Assembly: GCF_035084215.1 (NCBI RefSeq)
Contig: NW_027139637.1
Coordinates: 62,001 to 126,000, forward strand
Source of the DNA: Heptranchias perlo
Lineage: Eukaryota
Reading direction: 5' to 3'
Length of the DNA: 64,000 nt
A program made the translations under genes and the position numbers. Below the pieces are notes generated by a model. It was not told where the DNA came from. It was given only the letters and a program-made list of their open reading frames with translations, and did no database searches. Positions 22,229 to 33,510 of this stretch are shown piece by piece (the first letter of the stretch is position 1; every line of letters starts with the position of its first letter).

Positions 22229-25200
22229 ATGGAAGGCTCAGGGTCGGCTGTGGTGGGCGAGGCCCACCCCTACTGGCCGCGGGAGCTCAGGCTCCCCGGG
22301 TACCGCAGCAACGACAGGCCCATGTGGAGTATCCTGGCCTTTCTCTTCTCCGTGTCCGGGGCGCTGCTGGCCGGTACCTGGCTGCTGACGGGCCGGGTTC
22401 GGGGGCTGGGCGCCGGCCGCAGGCTCGCCGTCTGCTGGTTCGCCGTCTGCGCCTTCATCCACGGGGTGATCGAGGGCTGGTTCAGCCTGTACTACCGGCA
22501 GATCCCCGGGGACCAGGCCTTCCTCTCCCAGCTGTGTGAGTGGGGGGCCACTGGGGGTCAGAGGGGGTGCCACTGGGGGTCGGGGGGGGCCACTGGGGGT
22601 CAGCAGAAGTGGGGGCGGGAAGGGGGCAATAGGGGTGGCAGAAGTGGGGGTGGGAAGGGGGCAACAGGGGTGGCAGAAGTGGGGGGGTAACAGGGGTTGT
22701 GGGGTAGCACTGGGGGTCAGAAGGGGGTTGGGGCAGAGAGGAGGCAACTGGGGGTCGGAGGGGGAGAGAAGGTGGGGAATATTGAGGCTTAAGGGGGACT
22801 GTGGGGTTGGATGAGAGGAGACAACTGCGGGGGGAAGCCTGGGGTGAAATAGGTGGTAACGTGGGTTGGCGTGCTGTTGCGAGACGAGCAGTATAACTGC
22901 GTCCTGGGTATTTTGAAGTCTGGGTTCAGTTATTCTCCCGTTCTGTTTCTGCAGGGAAGGAGTACGCCAAGGGAGACAGTCGCTATGTCACGTGAGTAAC
23001 TCGAGCCCCATCGCGCGCCCTGCTTGCGGTGTGGCTCTCCCCGCAGACAGCAGGAGCAGAGTCTCGCTCTGTCGGCGGAACTGGTCAGTGCGCCGACCTG
23101 GTTCGCCGCTGTGCAAAATGGCGTCGAGTCACTGGATCGGCTGCATCCAATTCAGTGGGTACCTCCACTCACTGTACAGAATCTGGGATCGAGCCGCCCC
23201 CTAATAACGTTCTCTCGGGAAAAGGAGGGGGAGCTGCCCACTCTGGTGGGAGACTCCTCTTCAAGTCTTGTTTTCCACCCCCCTCCCTATCTCTGTAACC
23301 TCCTCCAGCCCCTACAACCCTCCCAGATCTCTGCGCTCCTCCAATTCTGGCCTCTTGTCCATCCCCCGATTTCCATCGCTCCGCCATTGGAGGCCGTGCC
23401 TTCAGCCGCCTCAGCCCTAAGCTCTGGAATTCCCTCCCTAAACCTCTCCGCTCGCTCTCCTTTTTAAGACACTCCTTAAAACCGACCACTTTGACCAAGC
23501 TTTTGGTCGCCTGTCCGCATATCTCCTGATGTGGCTCAGTGTCAGATTTTTTTTGTCTGATTTACACTCCTGTGAAGTGCCTTGGGGATGTTTCACTATG
23601 TTAAAGGTGCTGTATAAATGCAGGTTGTGGTTTAAGGGGTGAACGTGGACCTGGGTGGGCTTCCAGGCCCCCCCCCCCCCCCCCCCAAGGACCAGGAGGA
23701 GGTGGGGGAAGATTTGGTAATAGTGCCCCAAACCGCTCTTAGTGATTTTTCTCTCGCACTCTCTCTCTCTGCAGTGCCGACAACTTCACCGTGTGCATGG
23801 AGACCATCACTGCCTGGACCTGGGGCCCACTGAGCGCCTGGACTGTCGTGGCCTTCCTGCAGAATAAGCCGTACCGTTTTGTCCTGCAACTCATCGTCTC
23901 CCTCGGTAAGGGCCGGAGGTTTCAGTCAGCACCGGGGTTGATGTTTGCCGCTCTGACCCTGGACCCGCCTCGGGGAGGAATCTGCAATCTTTCCCATCCG
24001 GCTCCAAAGTTACTGCAGGAATGGCAGTCGCAGGGAGTGTTTGATGGGACAGTGTAGAGGGAGCTTTACTCTGTATCTAACCCGTGCTGTACCTGCCCCG
24101 GGAGTGTTTGATGGGACAGTGTAGAGGGAGCTTTACTCTGTATCTAACCCTGTACCTGCCCTGGGAGTGTTTGATGGGACAGTTTAGGGGGAGCTTTACT
24201 CTGTATCTAACCCTGTACCTGCCCTGGGAGTGTTTGATGGGAGTGTAGAGGGAGCTTTACTCTGTATCTAACCCTGTACCTGCCCTGGGAGTGTTTGATG
24301 GGACAGTTTAGGGGGAGCTTTACTCTGTATCTAACCCTGTACCTGCCCTGGGAGTGTTTGATGGGAGTGTAGAGGGAGCTTTACTCTGTATCTAACCCTG
24401 TACCTGCCCTGGGAGTGTTTGATGGGAGTGTAGAGGGAGCTTTACTCTGTATCTAACCCTGTACCTGCCCCGGGAGTGTTTGATGGGACAGTGTAGAGGG
24501 AGCTTTACTCTGTATCTAACCCTGTACCTGCCCTGGGAGTGTTTGATGGGATAGTGTAGAGGGAGCTTTACTCTGTATCTAACCCGTGCTGTACCTGCCC
24601 TGGGAGTGTTTGATGGGACAGTGTAGAGGGAGCTTTACTCTGTATCTAACCCTGTACCTGCCCTGGGAGTGTTTGATGGGACAGTGTAGAGGGAGCTTTA
24701 CTCTGTATCTAATCCTGTACCTGCCCTGGGAGTGTTTGATGGGACAGTGTAGAGGGAGCTTTACTCTGTATCTAACCCGTGCTGTACCTGCCCTGGGAGT
24801 GTTTGATGGGACAGTGTAGAGGGAGCTTTACTCTGTATCTAACCCGTGCTGTACCTGCCCTGGGAGTGTTTGGTGGGACAGTGTAGAGGGAGCTTTACTC
24901 TGTATCTAACCCTGTACCTGCCCTGGGAGTGTTTGATGGGACAGTGTAGAGGGAGCTTTACTCTGTATCTAACCCTGTACCTGCCCTGGGAGTGTTTGAT
25001 GGGACAGTGTAGAGGGAGCTTTACTCTATCTAACCCGTGCTGTACTTGCCCTGGGCTGTGTTTAACCATTGTCCTTGCTCTGCAGGCCAGCTGTATGGCG
25101 ATGTGCTCTACTTTTACACTGAATACCGGGACGGTTTCAGCCACAGCGAGCTGGGACACCCCGTCTACTTCTGGTTCTACTTCATCTTCATGAACTCGCT

Positions 25201-25315
25201 CTGGATCGTCATCCCGGCCGCCCTGATCCTGGACGCCTGGGCCAACCTCAGCGAGGCGCAGCGAGCAGCCGATCGAGGGGCTCCCTGCCCCAGCGGCAAG
25301 TCCAAGACCACGTGA
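22229..25315 (+). CDS. EBP: 3-beta-hydroxysteroid delta8-delta7 isomerase (emopamil-binding protein), complete, 234 aa
   Basis: Exons 22229-22535, 22955-22991, 23775-23905 and 25086-25315 (705 nt, GT-AG). Motifs [52 protein letters not shown] and a C-terminal KSKTT ER-retrieval signal. Confidence 0.97.
23275..23630 (+). mobile_element. L2-type LINE 3'-end fragment
   Basis: GGCCGTGCCTTCAGCCGCCT...CTCTGGAATTCCCTCCCTAAACC and tail ATAAATGCAGGTTG. Confidence 0.75.
24031..25055 (-). repeat. 63-bp minisatellite family, ~16 copies, EBP intron 3
   Basis: Reverse complement of the 3774 and 51575 arrays; ends about 30 nt before the acceptor. Confidence 0.95.
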
Positions 25316-26488
25316 GAGGAGGACGGGGCTGGGCCTGCCTCGTCTTCCCTCCTCTTGCAGCCCTGGCGGTATAACGGGCCCCTCGATACCTTGACCAATG
25401 GCCATGGTCTGGGCTTGGGCCTTTGACCCTTGGTTGCCCAACGGAGCCTGTCTTAAGCAAGAAGATGGCTCTCCAGTCACACTTTTGAGGTTAACAACAC
25501 TGACTCGTTGGGGTGTACTGCGCCCAGTCTCTCATCGATGCTACCATGGTCAGTGCTCCTCTGAACTCTCCTACGTCTGATCGGCCAGACGTCTGACACA
25601 CATAAAAATCCATCACTATTGGCACCACCGATTCAAACTAACTAACCCACAAAGCTTGCCAAGCTCACGTTACCCATAACTGTTGGGGCATTGACCTGGA
25701 GGCTTACTGGAGCCAAGCGGAATGAATGCAGCCTCCCAGGAGGAGTCTGTTCAGCCTGTTCCGCCATTCAGTTAGATCATGGCTCCATTTGCCCATTGTT
25801 GGGTCTACCCCCAAACTCCGATACGGGCCGGTCGCTGACGGTGCCTTGTAGTGCTGCAGGCCTGCCTGGCTCTGAACTCTCCTCTCGTGTTCCTGCTAAG
25901 CTCCATCTCTCGTCCTACCCTCCTCGTCCTCCCCTTGCTGTGTGGAGATTAAGGACCCCCCCCCCCCTTACGTTGTCTCCTACACTCAGTCTTTCTCAGG
26001 ATCTCCAACACATGGAGCTCTTCTCCTTCCTCCTACAATCCATATCCCAAGCTTGGCGTCACCTAACCACTACAATGTACCTGTACCCCAGGGTGGCTGC
26101 TGCCAGTGAACCTCTGCCCCAGTGGGATGCTGGAGGGTGCATGGTGCCTGTGCCCCAGTGGGGTACTGGTAGTATTAGGAAATGAGGGACGGCCAGTGCT
26201 GGTGTAGCCGTACCCCATCAAGAGTCTGAACCTTATTCAGGAGGGATGTAGTACGTAAATCAGTGTCCCCACATTGTAACGTGCAGCTTGAAGGGTACAG
26301 TGGGGGTGTGGTGTTTGAATCCTCATGTCACTCGCTGTCTGGAATCGGATATTTTTAATGGTCTCTGAAGCTCTGCTGGGAGAATGGGACTAACTGGATT
26401 GCTCTTACAAAGAGCTGGCAGGGGTGTGATGGGCTGAATTCTCTTAATAGAGAATTATTAGCTGTCACTGGGACTGAGATATGTGTAA

Positions 26489-26883
26489 TAATAAAGCTAA
26501 TTGTTGCTAGACTTGATGTTGGGCTATTTGCACAATGTGTAGCAGTGGGAGAACCCACCGTCAGCAGTCAAGCTTTGTATGTGCAGAACCCTCTTGCTTC
26601 GGCTAAAGTCTGTTGTAAAACCCAGGGGACCAATCACCGCATTACAACTCAGATCAGTAAGCCAATGGTATGTGTACTGTATGGAGAATACTATTCAAAA
26701 CTTTAGTTAGTTTGTTGATGACTGAAGTGCTGTAATAAAGTTCTCCTAAATTACCATACCACTGCGCGCTGAATCTTTTTATGAGATCTTACAGTTCTTC
26801 TGTGCTGTAACCATTCTATGATTTTGATATTTTAATTTTATTAAATAAAGGTCTTTGTACTGAATGTATCTAATGTTAATAAA
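26489..26883 (+). terminator. Candidate EBP polyadenylation signals
   Basis: AATAAA at about 26490, 26734, 26844 and 26878 in an AT-rich 3' region. Confidence 0.5.
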
Positions 26884-27263
26884 TTATACATGCTGACCAC
26901 AAAAAAACCTCTTGTGCACTGTGCATGTGATGACTTGATGGTTAAGGGAGTGTCTCTAAATTCATACATGATTTAATGGGCACACTGACATCTCCTGAAT
27001 TAAGGGAACTGCTGTAAATGCCCGCTATTGTTGCACAACATCCCTCCCACAAACTTCAAGGGGGAGGGTTGATCTAATATTCCATGGTCTCTTGTAGCTA
27101 ATTTCTGTGGTGAGATTGTCGACTCTCTCTCGCAGCTGCTCTGTCTGGTTTCTGGGCATGTTAACAATGGTTTACCCACATTTATAAACAGGAAAGCTGT
27201 AACTGCAGCAATTTTTAAATAGCAAAGTGCTGTTTGGTGATATATTCCACAGAGGTGCTGACT

Positions 27264-28256
27264 GGTCCTCCCACCAGCAGGGGGCACTGCCACCACCTGG
27301 TGTTTGGTCCTCCCACCAGCAGGGGGCACTGCCACCACCTGGTGTTTGGTCCTCCCACCAGCAGGGGGCACTGCCACCACCTGGTGTTCGGTCCTCCCAC
27401 CAGCAGGGGGCACTGCAACCACTTGGTGTTCGGTCCTCCCACCAGCAGGGGTCGCTGCCACCGCCATGTGTTCAGTCCTCCCACCGGCAGGGGGCACTGC
27501 CACCGCCTGTTGCTCGGTCCTCCCACCAGCAGGGGGCACTGCTACCACCTGGTGTTCAATCCTCCCACCAGCAGGGGTCGCGGCCACCGCCTGTTGCTCG
27601 GTCCTCTCACCAGCAGGGGGCACTGCTACCACCTGGTGTTCAATCCTCCCACCAGCAGGGGGCACTGCCACCCCTTGGTGTTCGGTCCTCCCACCAGCAG
27701 GGGTCGCTGCCACTGCCATGTGTTCAGTCCTCCCACCAGCAGGGGGCACTGCCACCGCCTGTTGCTCGGTCCTCCCACCAGCAGGGGGCACTGCTACCAC
27801 CTGGTGTTCAATCCTCCCACCAGCAGGGGTCGCGGCCACCGCCTGTTGCTCGGTCCTCTCACCAGCAGGGGGCACTGCTACCACCTGGTGTTCAATCCTC
27901 CCACCAGCAGGGGGCACTGCCACCACCTGGTGTTTGGTCCTCCCACCAGCAGGGGGCACTGCCGCCACCTGGTGTTCGGTCCTCCCAACAGCAGGTGGCA
28001 CTGCCACGACCTGGTGTTCGGTCCTCCCACCAGCAGGGGACACTGCCACCATCTGGTGTTCGGTCCTCCCACCAGCAGGGGTCGCTGTCCCCGCCTGGTG
28101 TTCGGACCTCCCACCAGCAGGGGGCACCGCCACCACCTGGAGTTCGGTCCTCCCACCAGCAGGGGGCACCGCCACCACCTGGAGTTCGGTCCTCCCACCA
28201 GCAGGGGGCACCGCCACCACCTGGAGTTCGGTCCTCCCACCAGCAGGGGGCACCGC
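27264..28256 (+). repeat. 42-bp tandem array, 24 units, nearly each containing a CTCF core motif
   Basis: Unit GGTCCTCCCACCAGCAGGGGGCACTGCCACCACCTGGTGTTC; first core at 27271 and last at 28237, exactly 23x42 bp apart. Confidence 0.9.
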
Positions 28257-28345
28257 CCCCGCCCGGAGCCGCTGTCTCCCCGTCTCCGCCCCGGCCCCCA
28301 GACTGTCTGCTTCGCTGGCTGCGTCTGGCTGTGAGTCGGGTCGAC

Positions 28346-28375
28346 ATGGCTGGGCTGCCGCGGCGTATCGTTAAG
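28346..28375 (+). CDS. UBE2N: Ubiquitin-conjugating enzyme E2 N-like, first coding exon only
   Basis: GACATGG start encodes MAGLPRRIVK, followed by AAG|GTAACG. The recalled human UBE2N exon 1 is 30 nt, MAGLPRRIIK. Downstream exons were not found in the visible sequence. Confidence 0.8.
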
Positions 28376-28824
28376 GTAACGGGGCGGGGGTGGAGAGAGA
28401 GAGAGAGGGAGGAGACCGCGGCCTCGGGCCTGGGACTCGAGTAGAGGGGGAGAGGCTGCTCACCCGGGGGGTAGGGCGGGAGGATCGACCCCCTCCTCCA
28501 AACCTGGGCCCTGCAGCTCCCAAAGCCTCGGGCTGGGTTTACACTCCAGCCCGGGTAGGAGTTCCCAGCACCGGACACATGAGCTGGGTTCCCCCCCCCC
28601 CATTAATGAAATATTCAGTGTAAATACAGCCCTGGATTTAATCCCAGACAATTCCTGTTTATAAACTCTGTTTATAATTAAATGCATTCATTAGAAAGTT
28701 GTTTTCTTTAATTAGGACACTTTCCCCTCCAATATCTTTTCTCTTTAATCCGTCCCTGCCCCGACCCCGGATTCCAGAGGGCACTCATTCACCACCCGGA
28801 TGCCCATCGTGTGTCGGCTGGGAC

Positions 28825-29752
28825 TGTTGGGGTGAACGCGAGCCCGGCACCCCATCTATTGGGGGTGAACGCGAGCCCGACATCCCATCTATTGGGGAAA
28901 CGCGAGCCCGGCATCCCATCTATTGGGGAAACGCGAGCCCAGTATCCCATCTGTTGGGGGTGAACGCGAGCCCGACATCCCATCTATTGGGGAAACGCGA
29001 GCCCGACATCCCATCTATTGGGGAAACGCGAGCCCGGCATCCCATCTATTGGGGGTGAACGCGAGCCCAACATCTCATCTATTGGGGGTGAACGCGAGCC
29101 CGGCACCCCATCTATTGGGGAAACGCGAGCCCGACATCCCATCTATTGGGGAAACACGAGTCCAGTATCCCATCTATTGGGGGTGAACGCGAGCCCGGCA
29201 CCCCATCTGATGGGGGGAAACGCGAGCCCGACATCCCATCTGTTGGGGAAACGCGAGCCCGACATCCCATCTATTGGGGAAACGGGAACCCAGTATCCCA
29301 TCTGTTGGGGGTGAACGCGAGCCTGGCATCCCATCTGTTGGGGAAACGCGAGCCCGACATCCCATCTGTTGGGGAAACACGAGCCCGACATCCCATCTGT
29401 TGGGCAAGCGCGAGCCCAGTATCCCATCTGTTGGGGGTGAACGCGAGCCCGGCACCCCATCTGTTGGGGAAACGCGAGCCCGACATCCCATCTATTGGGG
29501 AAACGCGAGTCCAGTATCCCATCTGTTGGGGAAACGCGAGCCCAACATCCCATCTATTGGGGAAACGCGAGTCCAGTATCCCATCTGTTGGGGGTGAAAG
29601 CGAGCCCGACATCCCATCTGTTGGGGAAACGCGAGCCCAGTATCTCATCTGTTGGGGAAACGCGAGCCCAACATCCCATCTGTTGGGGGTGAACGCGAGC
29701 CCGACATCCCATCTGTTGGGGGAAACGCGAGCCCAACATCCCACCTGTTGGG
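28825..29752. repeat. ~31-33-bp minisatellite (CCCATCTRTTGGGG(GTG)AAACGCGAGCCCGACAT)
   Basis: About 28 tandem copies in UBE2N intron 1. Confidence 0.92.
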
Positions 29753-30752
29753 GAGGAGGGGTCAGACGTGTTGGGGTCCCCATATCCCACGCACACACTC
29801 GTATTCTAACAGGGGGTCCTTGGGTAGTGAGAGTGGTCAGTTTTTCCACCTCACATGCCCAGGGGCACTGAGGCCAAATGCAAACCCCCCACTGCCCATC
29901 ATCACTGCCCAGGGATCAGCTCAGAACGTTGTGTGGAGACACCGACACGGTCACCATGCCTCAGACTTGTTTGGGTAACTGGTCGATAAGAAGTTTTCTT
30001 GGGTTTATAGACCTGCACGTTGTGATCCCATAATCATGAGATTATAATCACAAATAATATCGTCACTACTGACCCAGGAAGGGAGAGCGGGATGGGAGAG
30101 GGGGAGAGGCGGATGGAGAGGGGGAGAGGCGGATAGAGAGTGGGAGGAGGTGGATGGAGAGTGGGAGGAGGTGGATGGAGAGTGGGAGGAGGTGGATGGA
30201 GAGANNNNNNNNNNNNNNNNNNNNNNNNNNNNNNNNNNNNNNNNNNNNNNNNNNNNNNNNNNNNNNNNNNNNNNNNNNNNNNNNNNNNNNNNNNNNNNNN
30301 NNNNNNNNNNNNNNNNNNNNNNNNNNNNNNNNNNNNNNNNNNNNNNNNNNNNNNNNNNNNNNNNNNNNNNNNNNNNNNNNNNNNNNNNNNNNNNNNNNNN
30401 NNNNTCCGGGGTCTGCCTCCTGATCTCAGGCAGCCAGCCCAGTTTTGGGACGTCCTGAGGAGGTGAAAGGTGCTGGAGAAATGGGAGTACTATATTGGTG
30501 CTCGGCGCCCCCTGGGCTAGGGAGGGTGGAATCAGCCAGGGTCCCTGCGCTTATACCACCCCCCCCACCCCCGCCCGATCATTCCTCAGTGACCCCGGCT
30601 GATTAACGCATGCACCTGGGGTGTTTGAGGACCGCCCAGGGCTCGACGGTGATGCCCCACACAGTCGGATATCCCGCCGGCCTTCACTAGCTCAGCTCGG
30701 AACGGCCAAGCGGCCATTTGGGCGAGGTGGCAGTGGACTTGCAGGCCGGGAC

Positions 30753-31390
30753 TCACTCCCCCTACCCTTTAATATCCCACCTAGTCTAATCCCACTCTCC
30801 CCCTCACTCCCCGTACCCTTTAATATCCCACCCAGTCTAATCCCACTCTCCCCCTCACTCCCCGTCCCCTTTAATATCCCACCCAGTCTAATCCCACCTC
30901 TCCCCCTCACTCCCCGTACCCTTTAATATCCCACCCAGTCTAATCCCACTCTCCCCCTCACTCCCCGTCCCCTTTAATATCCCACCCAGTCTAATCCCAC
31001 TCTCCCCCTCACTCCCCGTCCCCTTTAATATCCCACCCAGTCTAATCCCACTCTCCCCCTCACTCCCCGTCCCCTTTAATATCCCACCCAGTCTAATCCC
31101 ACTCTCCCCCTCACTCCCCGTCCCCTTTAATATCCCACCCAGTCTAATCCCACTCTCCCCTTCACTCCCCGTACCCTTTAATATCCCACCCAGTCTAATC
31201 CCACTCTCCCCTCACTCCCCGTACCCTTTAATATCCCACCCAGTCTAATCCCACTCTCCCCCTCACTCCCCCGTCCCCTTTAATATCCCACCCAGTCTAA
31301 TCCCACTCTCCCCCCTCACTCCCCGTCCCCTTTAATATCCCACCCAGTGTAATCCCACTCTCCCCCTCACTCCCCGTCCCCTTTAATACC
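30753..31390. repeat. ~51-bp C-rich minisatellite (CCTTTAATATCCCACCCAGTCTAATCCCACTCTCCCCCTCACTCCCCGT)
   Basis: About 12 tandem copies. Confidence 0.92.
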
Positions 31391-31397
31391 CTACCGT

Positions 31398-33510
31398 GCC
31401 TCAGAGGGACTCACTGTCCCCTGAACTCAGAAGGTCGAGGGTTCGAGCCCCCACTCCAGAGACTCGAGCCCCGTAATCCAGGCCCCGACACCCCCCCGGT
31501 GCCGGTACTGAGGGAGCGCCGCACTGTCGGAGGGTCGGTACTGAGGGAGCGCCGCACTGTCGGAGGGTCGGTACTGAGGGAGCGCCGCACTGTCGGAGGG
31601 TCGGTACTGAGGGAGCGCCGCACTGTCGGAGGGTCGGTACTGAGGGAGCGCCGCACTGTCGGAGGGTCGGTACTGAGGGAGCGCCGCACTGTCGGAGGGT
31701 CGGTACTGAGGGAGCGCCGCACTGTCGGAGGGTCGGGTACTGAGGGAGCGCCGCACTGTCGGAGGGGCGGTACTGAGGGAGCGCCGCACTGTCGGAGGGT
31801 CGGTACCGAGGGAGCGCCGCACTGTCGGAGGGTCGGTACCGAGGGAGCGCCGCACTGTCGGAGGGTCGGTACCGAGGGAGCGCCGCACTGTCGGAGGGTC
31901 GGTACCGAGGGAGCGCCGCACTGTCGGAGGGTCGGTACCGAGGGAGCGCCGCACTGTCGGAGGGGCGGGTACCGAGGGAGCGCCGCACTGTCGGAGGGTC
32001 GGTACCGAGGGAGCGCCGCACTGTCGGAGGGGCGGTACCGAGGGAGCGCCGCACTGTCGGAGGGTCGGTACCGAGGGAGCGCCGCACTGTCGGAGGGTCG
32101 GTACCGAGGGAGCGCCGCACTGTCGGAGGGTCGGTACCGAGGGAGCGCCGCACTGTCGGAGGGTCGGTACCGAGGGAGCGCCGCACTGTCGGAGGGTCGG
32201 TACTGAGGGAGCGCCGCACTGTCGGAGGGTCGGTACTGAGGGAGCGCCGCACTGTCGGAGGGGCGGTCCTGAGGGAGCGCCGCACTGTCGGAGGGTCGGT
32301 ACTGAGGGAGCGCCGCACTGTGGGAGGGTCGGTACTGAGGGAGCGCCACACTGTGGGAGGGTCGGTACTGAGGGAGCGCCACACTGTCGGAGGGTCGGTA
32401 CTGAGGGAGCGCCGCACTGTCGGAGGGTCGGTACTGAGGGAGCGCCGCACTGTCGGAGGGTCGGTACTGAGGGAGCGCCGCACTGTCGGAGGGTCAGTAC
32501 TGAGGGAGCGCCGCACTGTCGGAGGGTCGGTACTGAGGGAGCGCCGCACTGTCGGAGGGTCGGTACTGAGGGAGCGCCGCACTGTCGGAGGGTCGGTACT
32601 GAGGGAGCGCCGCACTGTGGGAGGGTCAGTACTGAGGGAGCGCCGCACTGTCGGAGGGTCGGTACTGAGGGAGCGCCGCACTGTCGGAGGGTCGGTACTG
32701 AGGGAGCGCCGCACTGTCGGAGGGTCGGTACTGTGGGAGCGCCGCACTGTCGGAGGGTCGGTACTGAGGGAGCGCCGCACTGTCGGAGGGTCGGTACTGA
32801 GGGAGCGCCGCACTGTCGGAGGGTCGGTACTGAGGGAGCGCCGCACTGTCGGAGGGTCGGTACTGAGGGAGCGCCGCACTGTCGGAGGGTCGGTACTGAG
32901 GGAGCGCCGCACTGTCGGAGGGTCGGTACTGAGGGAGCGCCGCACTGTCGGAGGGTCGGTACTGAGGGAGCGCCGCACTGTCGGAGGGTCGGTACTGAGG
33001 GAGCGCCGCACTGTCGGAGGGTCGGTACTGAGGGAGCGCCGCACTGTCGGAGGGTCGGTACTGAGGGAGCGCCGCACTGTCGGAGGGTCGGTACTGAGGG
33101 AGCGCCGCACTGTCGGAGGGTCAGTACTGAGGGAGCGCCGCACTGTCGGAGGGTCAGTACTGAGGGAGCGCCGCACTGTCGGAGGGTCCGTCTTCCAGGA
33201 TGAGATGTTAAACCGAGGGCCCCGTCAGCCCCTCTCGGGCGGGACGTAAAAGATCCCACGGCCGCTATTGGAAGAAGAGCAGAGGGGGAGCAGGGGGGGA
33301 GTTCTCCCCCGGGGTCCTGGGGCCGATATTTATCCCTCGACCAACATCGCTAAAAAAAAAACAGATGATCTGGGTCATTTATCACTTCGCTGTTTGTGGG
33401 ATCTTGCTGTGCGCAAATCGGCTGAAGCGTTTCGTACAGCGCCCACACTTCGAAACAAGTGCTCCGTTGGCCGTGAAGGGCTTTCGGGGACGTCCTGAGG
33501 TGGCGAGAGG
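31398..33510 (+). mobile_element. Deu-SINE with ~51x internal 33-bp expansion
   Basis: tRNA head (GGTTCGAGCCC at 31440), array (GTACTGAGGGAGCGCCGCACTGTCGGAGGGTCG)n at 31505-33187, then the Deu body. Confidence 0.88.

Noticed and set aside
27000-28444. 350-420-aa repeat ORFs (His/Cys-rich, Gln-rich) in several frames
   Set aside because: Open in multiple frames on both strands because the unit is 42 bp and GC-rich; better explained as a DNA motif array.
28825-29752. CRISPR-like regularly spaced repeats with a short hairpin
   Set aside because: No unique spacers, no cas genes, and a eukaryotic spliced-gene context; an ordinary minisatellite. The same applies to the other arrays.
30503-30520. 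Reverse CTCF-like motif convergent with the 27-28 kb array
   Set aside because: Only a partial match, and it lies across a scaffold gap, so the geometry cannot be trusted.
31401-33259. ~600-aa repeat ORFs
   Set aside because: 33-bp tandem expansion inside a SINE.
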